Origin: Candidatus Binatia bacterium
Lineage (GTDB): Bacteria; Desulfobacterota; Binatia; Bin18
Length of the DNA: 64,000 bases
Direction: 5' to 3'
Assembly (NCBI GenBank): GCA_022820725.1
Contig: JAJEFA010000001.1
Location: 182,749-246,748 of the forward strand
The position numbers and the translations under genes were made by a program. The notes under the pieces were generated by a model. The model was not told the origin of the DNA. It was given only the letters and a program-made list of their open reading frames with translations, and made no database searches. Below, piece after piece: positions 28,116 through 36,949 of this stretch; position 1 is the first letter of the stretch, and each line of letters begins with the position of its first letter.

Positions 28116-29426
28116 TCATAACAGCGATGAAAACACGGTCGCCAGCCCAAGAAAACTGAAGAAGCCAAAGACATCGGTGACCGTGGTCAGCACGATGGAG
28201 GAGGACTGCGCCGGGTCCTGCCCCATTCTCGCCAGGAGCACGGGGATCAGCGCTCCGGCAACGCCGGCAATGGCCATCGCCAGCACCATCGCCAGGCCGA
28301 TGACGAGCACCAGTCCGGGCGACCCGCTCCACACGTAGACACCGGCACAAGTGACAAGGGCGACGCCCAGACCGTTCACCAGGCCGGCAGCAAATTCCTT
28401 GGTCACGACCTGGGGCCAGTGGCGCAGGGTGATCTCACGCAGGGCCAGCCCGCGCAGAACGACGGCCAGGGCCTGCGCGCCGGTGTTGCCCGATTGACCG
28501 GCCACAACCGGCAACAGGACGGCGAGCGCGGTGAACCGGGAGATCGTATCCTCGAAGACTCCAACCACAGCCGCCGCCAGGAATGCGGTGGCCAGGTTGA
28601 TCTGCAACCAGGGCAGGCGCTTGCGAATGGCGAAGCTCACTTTCGAAAGGGCGCGCTCTTCCTTGCTCGCGCCCGTCATGCTGACGAGGTCGGCGCTGAG
28701 TTCTTCTTCGACCGCGGACACCATTTCGTTGAGCCGGATGATCCCCAGCGGCTTGTTGTCATAGTCGACCACCGGAATGCTGGTCAGCTTGTGGCGCTCC
28801 ATAGTCTCGACGATCTCTTCACGGGTGGTGAATGCGGAGACGGCCACCGGTACCCCGGTGACCAGGGACAGCAGGGTCGTTTCCGCCTCGGCCAGCACCA
28901 CCTCTTGAATGGGAACAGTCCCGGACAGACGCCCGTCGCGGTCCACAATCAACAGATCAAGCACGCGCCGTCGCTGTCGTATCGACCGCAGCCGTTCCAG
29001 GGCCTCCTCGACTGTCATATCAGGCTGAAAAACCGTAATGCGGGGGTCCATGAGCCGGCCGGCACTGTCCGCGGGATGCTGCATGAGAGTGTGCAACTCC
29101 TTCGCCTCTGCCCGCGCCAAACCCGCCAGGAGGTCGTCACAGCGTTGTGTCCCGAGTCCGCCCAACAATGCGCCGGCCTGGGGAGGGTCCAAATTGCGGA
29201 TCAGTTGTCTGCCGTGATCGAGATCGATCTCCGCGAGAATATCCAGGGCCTTTGCCGGCGACAGACGGCGGAATGCTTCGATACACGTTTCCGGCGCCAC
29301 GTGGGAGAGCATCTCATCCGCCTCGGATGGCGTCGAGGTTTCGAGGTGATCCGCCGCTTCCTCCGGATGGCGTTCAAAAAAGTCCCGGGCGAGCAATCGT
29401 TCGACTGCAAGGCTAGCGGTTGGCAT
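28116..29426 (-). CDS. mgtE: Magnesium transporter MgtE
   Basis: MgtE_N domain, CBS pair and a 5-TM C-terminal channel domain (...ALAVLLPVVAGQSGNTGAQALAVVLRGLA...). Confidence 0.85.
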   Translation of the reverse strand: MPTASLAVERLLARDFFERHPEEAADHLETSTPSEADEMLSHVAPETCIEAFRRLSPAKALDILAEIDLDHGRQLIRNLDPPQAGALLGGLGTQRCDDLLAGLARAEAKELHTLMQHPADSAGRLMDPRITVFQPDMTVEEALERLRSIRQRRRVLDLLIVDRDGRLSGTVPIQEVVLAEAETTLLSLVTGVPVAVSAFTTREEIVETMERHKLTSIPVVDYDNKPLGIIRLNEMVSAVEEELSADLVSMTGASKEERALSKVSFAIRKRLPWLQINLATAFLAAAVVGVFEDTISRFTALAVLLPVVAGQSGNTGAQALAVVLRGLALREITLRHWPQVVTKEFAAGLVNGLGVALVTCAGVYVWSGSPGLVLVIGLAMVLAMAIAGVAGALIPVLLARMGQDPAQSSSIVLTTVTDVFGFFSFLGLATVFSSLL

Positions 29427-30255
29427 GGCGCGTCTCTCCCGGCTGATTGGTCACAGGGGAACCGGCACTCGACCCTCCGAACATCTCACTGAGTCCGAGT
29501 GAGTAGAACTCACTGAGGGAGGCCAGCAGGTGCATGGCCGGGGGGCGACTCTTCCGGGTCTCCAGATGTTTGAGGGTATCGGCTCCAATAGTCCCCAGGA
29601 ATGTTCCCTGCGAATCCACAACCGCAATGGGTTCCGGCGCCGCGTGCCTGGCACCCAGCGTCTGGGCGCTGGCATGGGAAGGCATCCCCGGCGTCGTGTC
29701 CAGTTCCAAAGACTCGACAGGCGTATCACGTCTGCTACCAAGCAACTGGCCCGGTGTCACAGCACCCACAAGACGCTGGGAGCGGTCAAGCACGAAGACC
29801 CGAGAGGCGACCGGACCGCCGCTTTCGCTGAGACGGGTCAGCGCTTCTCCTGCCGTGAGGTCGGAGTGGAGCGTGAGCGCCGACGGGTCGGCGAGCGCCC
29901 CGGCCGACTGGGCCGGATACTTCAGCGCTTGATCGAGCGACACCCGAGCAGTGGCCGAAAGACCACCGAGCGCATCTTCCCGGACCGCCGGTTCCAGGTG
30001 GCGCAACAGCGCGGCGGCAATCGACACTGGCACCTGCTCCACGACCCGCGAACGCTCTCCCTCCGGCCAGTGGGCGAGGCATGAACCGGCCAGGACGGGA
30101 GCAAAGCAGGCAAGCACACCGGCAGCGCTCTCGACGGGCGCTGCCTGCAAGGCGGCCACGATTTCACTCGGCGAGAATCCTTCCAACACCCGTGCCGCTT
30201 CCTCGGGGTGACGGTTCATATGCACATATGCCGCCCTTTGCGTAGCCGTCTGCAT
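29413..30255 (-). CDS. Soluble MgtE_N-like plus CBS-domain protein (no membrane domain), translationally coupled to mgtE
   Basis: N-terminal resemblance to the MgtE cytosolic domain followed by a CBS-like segment (VFVLDRSQRLVGAVTPGQLL). Overlaps the mgtE start by 14 nt. Confidence 0.5.
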   Translation of the reverse strand: MQTATQRAAYVHMNRHPEEAARVLEGFSPSEIVAALQAAPVESAAGVLACFAPVLAGSCLAHWPEGERSRVVEQVPVSIAAALLRHLEPAVREDALGGLSATARVSLDQALKYPAQSAGALADPSALTLHSDLTAGEALTRLSESGGPVASRVFVLDRSQRLVGAVTPGQLLGSRRDTPVESLELDTTPGMPSHASAQTLGARHAAPEPIAVVDSQGTFLGTIGADTLKHLETRKSRPPAMHLLASLSEFYSLGLSEMFGGSSAGSPVTNQPGETRHANR

Positions 30256-31070
30256 CAGTCCCTCCTCAGTACTACCGATATTTCGTCACAATACTTTCTT
30301 GCCGGGAGATGCACCTGACCGTCAGCCGCATCAAGCACAATGGACGTGGGGGTGATTTCTCGCACGATGCCTTCAATGCCGGCTACACGCACGACATCGC
30401 CGACCCGGTATGCCTTTGCCGCGTAGTACGAGGCCATGATGTTACTCACAATCGGGCCTGAGCCCAGGCTGAGCGAGAGCGCTACTCCCCCCAGGGTTGC
30501 GGCAATAATGATGAGAATCGTCGTTGTGAAGAGTCCGCTCTCCAGGCCGATTTCCTGCGCCCCAACGAGGAGGGCAACCACAAGGACGGCTATCTGGGCG
30601 ACCCGTCCGAGAACTGACGCATACTCGACGCCGGCCGCCGCCGCCACCCGTGTCGTCCACCGATTGACCAGAATTCCTGCGCCCAGTCCCATAAAGACCA
30701 GCACGACCGCTAACAGGACGCGGGGCAGGTAATAGGCGATACTCTGCAACAGGTCCGTCACGACCGGCAGGGGCAGCTTGTCGATCGCAGCAGCCACGAA
30801 GAACAACAGCACGACCCAGTACACGAGCGTTCCGATGATCCGTGGGGCATCCTCGGCGAGTCTCGTTCCGCTGAGACTTTCAGCCAGACGGAACTGTGTG
30901 TTGATGCGGGCGACAGCCGCCACGATAATCTTTCTCGTGAGGAAACGGGCAATAATCGCCGCAATCCAGCCCACCAACAGCAGGCCGCCCGCGCCCAGGG
31001 CCGCAGGCAGCATCGGAGCGAGACGCTCTGATATGTGCTCCAGGACGTTCGTCCAACTGGAAAAATTCAT
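30255..31070 (-). CDS. Small-conductance mechanosensitive channel (MscS family)
   Basis: 3-TM N-terminus plus MscS beta-domain signature ...YRVGDVVRVAGIEGIVREITPTSIVLDAADGQVHLP. Start at MNFSSW behind AGGAGGAG. Confidence 0.7.
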   Translation of the reverse strand: MNFSSWTNVLEHISERLAPMLPAALGAGGLLLVGWIAAIIARFLTRKIIVAAVARINTQFRLAESLSGTRLAEDAPRIIGTLVYWVVLLFFVAAAIDKLPLPVVTDLLQSIAYYLPRVLLAVVLVFMGLGAGILVNRWTTRVAAAAGVEYASVLGRVAQIAVLVVALLVGAQEIGLESGLFTTTILIIIAATLGGVALSLSLGSGPIVSNIMASYYAAKAYRVGDVVRVAGIEGIVREITPTSIVLDAADGQVHLPARKYCDEISVVLRRD

Positions 31071-31175
31071 GGCTCCTCCTGAAAGGTTTGTCACAGGAAT
31101 CAGGGATTCCGACTACAAAGGTGAAGCAGCAACGCTCATGAAAACAGGAAGTAAGAAAATCCACACATGATGGTA

Positions 31176-31943
31176 TCATGCGGATTCAAAGAAAAGGGTG
31201 AGAGCCCTCTCGAAGCGGCGCTTCAATTCGCTCAGCCGTTTGGAGTCCATAGCCAGGGTTTCCCGCTCAAACCAGGGCGCTGCCAAATAGAGCGAACGGT
31301 TCATCTCAACCTGAATCCAGGGCAGGGGCCTGCCGCCGTAGGTACGCGTAATATAGCCACCCGAAAACGGCTGATTGAGCGTCACTTCGTGTTCTTGCAG
31401 CTCAAAGGCCCGCCGTAAGCAGTCGGCCAGGCGCCGGGCGGTCTCCGGCGGACAGGCCTGACCCCGGGCGTTGCCCAAACAGAAGAGGGGACGGGGTTGG
31501 CCCACGTCGGGCGAAATCTGCGGCCCGACCGCCTGCATGGAATGACAATCAAGGGCCAGCTTGATTGTCGAGTTGTGGACGGCGGCGCGAAGCCGCTGGT
31601 GATACGGTGCATAGTATCGTTCCAGCAGGGTGTCGATTAACGCGGCATCAAGTTCTTGCCCACGCGCGTAAATCTTCTTGCCCACACAGGTCAGCGTCTT
31701 GACCACACCGTCCGGGTTCCGGGGCGGCCGGTCGTCGCGGGCGCGGTTCAGGTCCACGAAGGTACGAGGAATATGCGTGGCGACCACCGCGGCGACTTTT
31801 TGGCCGAGGTCGTATATCTCCCGCACAAAAGGATCGATATCGTCGTGAATATCGAGCGGGTCGAGACACACCCTGTCCTTCACCTCGGCAGGCACCCCCA
31901 TGCCGCCGTGCGGGATGGAAAGCAAGACGGGCAGCGTGTCCAT
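31176..31943 (-). CDS. N-formylglutamate amidohydrolase (FGase)-family protein
   Basis: LSIPHGGMGVPAEV...DLNRARDD... blocks typical of the FGase/zinc-carboxypeptidase-like fold. Start codon overlaps the ggt stop (TAATG). Confidence 0.6.
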   Translation of the reverse strand: MDTLPVLLSIPHGGMGVPAEVKDRVCLDPLDIHDDIDPFVREIYDLGQKVAAVVATHIPRTFVDLNRARDDRPPRNPDGVVKTLTCVGKKIYARGQELDAALIDTLLERYYAPYHQRLRAAVHNSTIKLALDCHSMQAVGPQISPDVGQPRPLFCLGNARGQACPPETARRLADCLRRAFELQEHEVTLNQPFSGGYITRTYGGRPLPWIQVEMNRSLYLAAPWFERETLAMDSKRLSELKRRFERALTLFFESA

Positions 31944-33568
31944 TACAGGCCCCCTGCCGTCCCGTCCCGACGGACTTCGGCCACCCCCTGAAAGCCGTTC
32001 CGCGTCTGGCATTTCAGGACTGCATGAATCGCGCCAAGGTAGAAGGCGTAGGGCTTGCGCCGGTCAATCTTATAGCCCATGTTTTCAAGATAACTGACCA
32101 CGCTGGGATCAAAGCGGTCGGCCTCAATGCTGAGCTTGCCCCCAATAGAACAGTGAAAGCGGGGATGCCGCATGGCTTCATCCATGGACAGCCTGCCATC
32201 ACCGCAGTGGACCAGAAACTGGCCGACCGTTGAAAAGATGCGTTCACTCCCCGGACTGCCCGTCACCATCCAGAGTTTGTCGTCATGAAAAATCAGGGCC
32301 GGCGCAACCGAAGTCCAGGGAACCCCGTTGGGTCTGAGATAAAAGGGATGAGCCGGATTCTTGACCTCAAAGGCATCCATATAATTGTTATAGAGAAAAC
32401 CAAGCTCCGCGGCGGCAGCCTTTGAGCCATAAACCAGCTCTATTGACTGCGTAATCCCAACGGCGTTGCCTTCCGCATCCATAACGGACAGGTGAGTGGT
32501 CTCACTCGGTCCCTCAGGCGGGTCAATCAATGGGAGATGGATATCCATATCGTCCCGAATCGACTTTGCCAGTTCTTTGGCAAACTTCCGGTTGATCATC
32601 TTTTTATCGGGAAACTGGGGGTAGGTATTCGGATCAAACGGACGCTCACGACGTTGCAAAAACGCCTTACGAAAGGTTTCGGCGATAAAGTGATAGGACT
32701 CCTTTGAGCGGCTCCGCAGAAACCTGGACGGCAGGTGGCTGAGCATCAACAGCACGAGCAGCAGCGTGCGCCCGGCGGCAGGCGGAGGAAGGGTGACAAT
32801 AGACAGGTCCCGGTACCGTCTTCTGAGGGCCGGCCGCTCAACCGGCCACGGTATGAGCGCCAGGTCATCCGCGCGCAAAAACCCGTCATTGGCCCGCATG
32901 TCCGCATCAATTTGCTGAGCGATCCTGCCCTGATAAAACGACCGGGGCCCATGAGCGGCGATATGTTCCAGGGTGGCCGCCAGTTCAGGCTGCTTGAAAA
33001 TCTCCCCGGCACCGTACGGCACCTTGCCTTCCTTGAGAAAATAGCGCGCTCCGGAACGTGCCGGGATGGCCAGGAACTGTTCCAGCGAGCGGTCCTGGAG
33101 GTCATGCTGAAGCGGCGTGATCGCATAGCCGTCCTGGGCGATCCGGATGGCCGGTTGTACGACGGTTGACCAATCCAGTTTGCCGTACCGAAAATTGAGA
33201 TAGCCCAGGACGGCCACGGTGCTGGGGACCGTGGTGGCTCGATAGCCAACCGCGTGATCGCCCTTGTCGAACTGACTGATATGGGCGAGCGAGGGCGCGC
33301 GGGTCGAGCCATCGATGGTGATGGTTTTCCCCCGGAGGTGCAGAATGGCCATCGTCTGCCCGCCAATTCCACTGGCCTGCGGTTCGCACACCCCGACCGC
33401 GAGAGCGGCGGCGCAGGCCGCATCGACGGCATTGCCGCCCTGCCGGAGCATTTCGACGCCAGCCTGGGTGGCATCGGGAAAGGCAGTGGCGACCATGCCG
33501 TTTTCGGCAGCCGCCGCTTTTTGATCTGCGGTTGGGGCGAAACGGCCCTCCGAGGTGGCGATCTTCAT
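31943..33568 (-). CDS. ggt: Gamma-glutamyltranspeptidase
   Basis: MVATAFPDATQAGVEMLRQGGNAVDAA... N-terminus and the autoprocessing/catalytic region ...GSETTHLSVMDAEGNAVGITQSIE... (Thr nucleophile motif), about 540 aa. Confidence 0.85.
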   Translation of the reverse strand: MKIATSEGRFAPTADQKAAAAENGMVATAFPDATQAGVEMLRQGGNAVDAACAAALAVGVCEPQASGIGGQTMAILHLRGKTITIDGSTRAPSLAHISQFDKGDHAVGYRATTVPSTVAVLGYLNFRYGKLDWSTVVQPAIRIAQDGYAITPLQHDLQDRSLEQFLAIPARSGARYFLKEGKVPYGAGEIFKQPELAATLEHIAAHGPRSFYQGRIAQQIDADMRANDGFLRADDLALIPWPVERPALRRRYRDLSIVTLPPPAAGRTLLLVLLMLSHLPSRFLRSRSKESYHFIAETFRKAFLQRRERPFDPNTYPQFPDKKMINRKFAKELAKSIRDDMDIHLPLIDPPEGPSETTHLSVMDAEGNAVGITQSIELVYGSKAAAAELGFLYNNYMDAFEVKNPAHPFYLRPNGVPWTSVAPALIFHDDKLWMVTGSPGSERIFSTVGQFLVHCGDGRLSMDEAMRHPRFHCSIGGKLSIEADRFDPSVVSYLENMGYKIDRRKPYAFYLGAIHAVLKCQTRNGFQGVAEVRRDGTAGGL

Positions 33569-35754
33569 GCCTGGAATCCCTCTGCGGCAAGGCGAATGGT
33601 CATCGCCAGGACGGCAGCACGGTCGATTAAGCTGTCGCGCAGAATATACTCGTTGGGGGTCTGCGTCGCGCCGCCGATCGGGCCAAATCCGTCCAGGGCG
33701 GGAATCCGGTCCGGGACGTGACAGATATCAGACGAAGTGTCCCGATGCGCCTGGCAGACTTTGACTTCTAATCGTTTGGCCACCTGTTCGACATGGTCGT
33801 AGAATTCCTGATCCTTTTCGTTATCGACAACAGGAAGCCGCGATACCCGCCTGGACACCCGGACCTGACAGCGCGGCGGGAGATTTCTCCGCGCAATCCC
33901 CCGGATCTGCTCTTCGAGTCGTTCCCCCTGGTCCGGCTCACGAAATTGTACGGAAAGCGCAGTACTCGCAAAGTCGGGAGCCAGGCCATACAGCGTGCGC
34001 CCTTCGAGCTGGGTCGGCTTGATAAAGATGCCGCTCTCTTCGGATGTCAGTCTGTCCCAGGCGGTCAGCTTTTGACACAGGATTTTGATCACGTCAGGAA
34101 ACTTCCCGTTCTCGCCGGTCTTGCTGTTCGATACTTCAATCTGAAAATCACTCCGACCCGAACACGAGGTCACAATGCCACCCTCAAGACTGCCGCTCTT
34201 GAGACCGACGACATAGTGAGAGTTCAGGGCGAGTTCTTCAACGATCTTCCGGCTGAAGCGGCCGCCCAGGGCGTCATCCGTGGTCAGCAGGACACCGCAG
34301 CGGATGCGGTGCAGGCGGCGAGTGAAACGCAGCGCCCGCAGGGCCGCCAGCATGACCGCCAGACCGCCCTTGCTCTCGGTAACTCCCGAACCGTAGAACC
34401 GCCCGCGCTCCTCGCGAAAGGAGACAAAGTCGCGATAGGAATAGAGGGTGTCGAGGTGGGACAGCAGCAGGATATCGTTGCGTTTACTATCGTGATTGGA
34501 GAAGTACAGGACGTTGCCCACTTCGGTCTGCGGATAGACCTGTCTTTTGAATCGCAACTGGCTCAGGACCTTGGAGAGCCAACTGCCGAATTCGTTGACC
34601 CCTTCGGAATTATAGACGTAGGTATCCATTCCAACCATGGAACGCAGGTCGTCTTCCATAGTGGTCAGGTTGCTGCGGATGTGAGACCGCACCTGGACAC
34701 GCAAGGGTTGCGTCTCATCAGGCTTCTTTTCCCGGTTCGGGAGACTGATGACGTTTGGGTCGGGCCGGCCAAAATACCGGACGGCAGCAACATCAAGCAT
34801 GCGGTTGACCAGCGTTTCATAAGTGTAGCCGGCGGTCTGGGCGGCATGCACGTACGACCCGGTTCTCCCCAGACTGGCCATCGAGTTGATTTCCAGGACG
34901 TAGGGCTTGCCGTCAGCGTCCATACGCACATCAATGCGGGAGAAGTCGTACAGCCCCAGCGCATCGAATGAGGCCCGGGCCAACTGACGGAGTTCTTCCG
35001 TCATGGTGTCGGACAGCTTGGCCGGACAGATTTTCTGTACCGGCTGCTGGAGTTTATTGTCCTGGGTCTGAATCGCGTTGGGGTCGCCGCCAAAGTCGAA
35101 TTCAACAATAGGCAGCACCTCCAGGTCCGGGCCGTTGCCGAGCAGGCCCACCGCGAACTCGCGGCCGGCAATAAAGGCTTCGACCAGCGCCTGCTGATGA
35201 TAGTTGTCGATAATCTCCTTAACGGCCTCCCGCAGGTCGTCCTTGTTGTCAACGATCTTGAGACCCATGGAGACGGCTTCCATCTTGGGTTTGACAATGA
35301 CGGGATAGGTGACGCCGTCCATATCGTCGTCCGGCCTGGCAAAAAACCAGAATCCCGGAGTTGCCACACCGTGTTGCTGAAACACGATCTTGGCCATGAT
35401 TTTGTCCAGCGCGACGGCGTGCGCCTGGGGGCCGGAGCCCACATAGGGAACGCCCAGCATTTCCAGCATGGCCGGCATATGGGTGTAACGGCTCTGCCCC
35501 TGGATGCCGTAGGCCATATTAAAGACCATGCCCGGCCGTTCCCCGGCCAACACGCGCGGCATGAAGTCCCGCAACTCATCCGCGACATCGATATTGCCCT
35601 CAACCACGCGGACGTTATGACCGCCCTTTTCCAGGGACGAGGCCACGAGTTCTACGGTATGTGGATTATAGGTTTCCTTGGTCTGCGGGCCGAAGGTGTT
35701 AATCACGTCCGAGGGATGGACTTCCCGCTTGTTGTAGATCACTGCCACTTTCAT
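33565..35754 (-). CDS. Fusion protein: N-terminal D-Ala-D-Ala-ligase-like ATP-grasp domain plus C-terminal M20-family metallopeptidase (ArgE/DapE/CPG2-like) domain
   Basis: N-terminal MKVAVIYNKREV...MLEMLGVPYVGSGPQAHAVALDKIMAKIVFQQHGVATPGF...VIVKPKMEAVSMGLKIV (Ddl-like). C-terminal ...GVTESKGGLAVMLAALRAL... (M20 signature). 4-nt overlap with ggt. Confidence 0.75.
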   Translation of the reverse strand: MKVAVIYNKREVHPSDVINTFGPQTKETYNPHTVELVASSLEKGGHNVRVVEGNIDVADELRDFMPRVLAGERPGMVFNMAYGIQGQSRYTHMPAMLEMLGVPYVGSGPQAHAVALDKIMAKIVFQQHGVATPGFWFFARPDDDMDGVTYPVIVKPKMEAVSMGLKIVDNKDDLREAVKEIIDNYHQQALVEAFIAGREFAVGLLGNGPDLEVLPIVEFDFGGDPNAIQTQDNKLQQPVQKICPAKLSDTMTEELRQLARASFDALGLYDFSRIDVRMDADGKPYVLEINSMASLGRTGSYVHAAQTAGYTYETLVNRMLDVAAVRYFGRPDPNVISLPNREKKPDETQPLRVQVRSHIRSNLTTMEDDLRSMVGMDTYVYNSEGVNEFGSWLSKVLSQLRFKRQVYPQTEVGNVLYFSNHDSKRNDILLLSHLDTLYSYRDFVSFREERGRFYGSGVTESKGGLAVMLAALRALRFTRRLHRIRCGVLLTTDDALGGRFSRKIVEELALNSHYVVGLKSGSLEGGIVTSCSGRSDFQIEVSNSKTGENGKFPDVIKILCQKLTAWDRLTSEESGIFIKPTQLEGRTLYGLAPDFASTALSVQFREPDQGERLEEQIRGIARRNLPPRCQVRVSRRVSRLPVVDNEKDQEFYDHVEQVAKRLEVKVCQAHRDTSSDICHVPDRIPALDGFGPIGGATQTPNEYILRDSLIDRAAVLAMTIRLAAEGFQA

Positions 35755-35901
35755 GGACCTGCTTCTTCTCCTCTGGGAGCGAAAAAACAGGCTTCAGGAG
35801 CCTACCTCAGGTTCGCTCCGCCTTGGCTCCCGCGAAGAAGCGTGACGAACCAAACGCGGCCGGTAGAGCAGCGATTACGACCATAGATATCAGCTTTATT
35901 T

Positions 35902-36939
35902 TTAATAGGCTACTCTTCTCACCGCCTCAAACGGCTGCTCTGCATCCTCGGCCGTGGCGGTGATGGCGTCCAGTGTCTGCCGCAGGTCGTGATTGTTTTG
36001 CTCGTACACCCGCTCGAAGACGCGCAGGTCTTGGAGATAGGTCAGATAGTGCAGGATGACCGCGTTATTGAGCTGCACGGAGGCAAAATCGGAGGTTTGC
36101 GCAACAGCCCCGGGCAGTTGGCGAAATTCTTCCTGGAGCTGGGTGAATACGTCTTTGCGCTGCGCCAGCTTTCCCGCTTCGGGCAAGGCCGAGTCGTATA
36201 ACGCGGTCAGCCGCTGCCGGGCCTGTTCGAGAAAGTGGGAAACGGCCAACTCCTTTTCCCAGGTGGCTCGCAGGTGTCGGGTCAGAGCGTGGGTCTCCCC
36301 GTGCGCTTTGACAAAAAAGGCGATGGCGCCGCGATACCCGGCAAAATTGGCGAGCGATTCGTTAAAGGCCGTCTGCCCGGACAGATAAAACGTATTGTGA
36401 AACAGCTCGTGCAGCACGATATTGGCCAGGGTGACCCCATCATATCCCAGCAGTTGCGGCAGAAGCGGGTCGGCAAACCAGCCCAGAGTACTGAAGGCGG
36501 CCGCGGTCCGAATATAGGTGTCAAACCCCTGCGTCTCCAAACGCCGGGCCTCCGCGTCGGCCTGCGCGCTCTCAAAAAACCCCTTGTAGGAGACCCGGCC
36601 GACAATGGGAAACCACCAGGTATAGGCTTCCAAACGCGTCCGGTGGGCCGCGGTGACCACGTAAATGGTCGGTGGCGAGGGGAGTTCGGACACGCTGCCA
36701 TAACTCCCCCCGACCCGGAAGCCGAGGTCCTGCTCGGCAAAGTCCCGGACGCGTAGGACGAGCCGGAGCTTTTCCTGGGTGGACAGGTCGAGCTGGCCGG
36801 GCTGCCGCAAGATGTCGGCAATCGGTCTGCGGTACCACAGAATTTTTGCCTCTTCATAGCCGGCCCGCAGAATATACAAGGGCGTGCAGGCCGGCAGCAC
36901 GCACAGGCAAGTCAATAGGACCCAATGCCGCACCCGCAT
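35902..36939 (-). CDS. Predicted zinc aminopeptidase lipoprotein (COG4324/DUF2268-like, HExxH)
   Basis: Signal peptide with Cys (LLTCLCVLPACT) and HELFH zinc-binding motif (NIVLHELFHNTFY). Confidence 0.55.
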   Translation of the reverse strand: MRVRHWVLLTCLCVLPACTPLYILRAGYEEAKILWYRRPIADILRQPGQLDLSTQEKLRLVLRVRDFAEQDLGFRVGGSYGSVSELPSPPTIYVVTAAHRTRLEAYTWWFPIVGRVSYKGFFESAQADAEARRLETQGFDTYIRTAAAFSTLGWFADPLLPQLLGYDGVTLANIVLHELFHNTFYLSGQTAFNESLANFAGYRGAIAFFVKAHGETHALTRHLRATWEKELAVSHFLEQARQRLTALYDSALPEAGKLAQRKDVFTQLQEEFRQLPGAVAQTSDFASVQLNNAVILHYLTYLQDLRVFERVYEQNNHDLRQTLDAITATAEDAEQPFEAVRRVAY

Positions 36940-36949
36940 AGCCGCCTCG

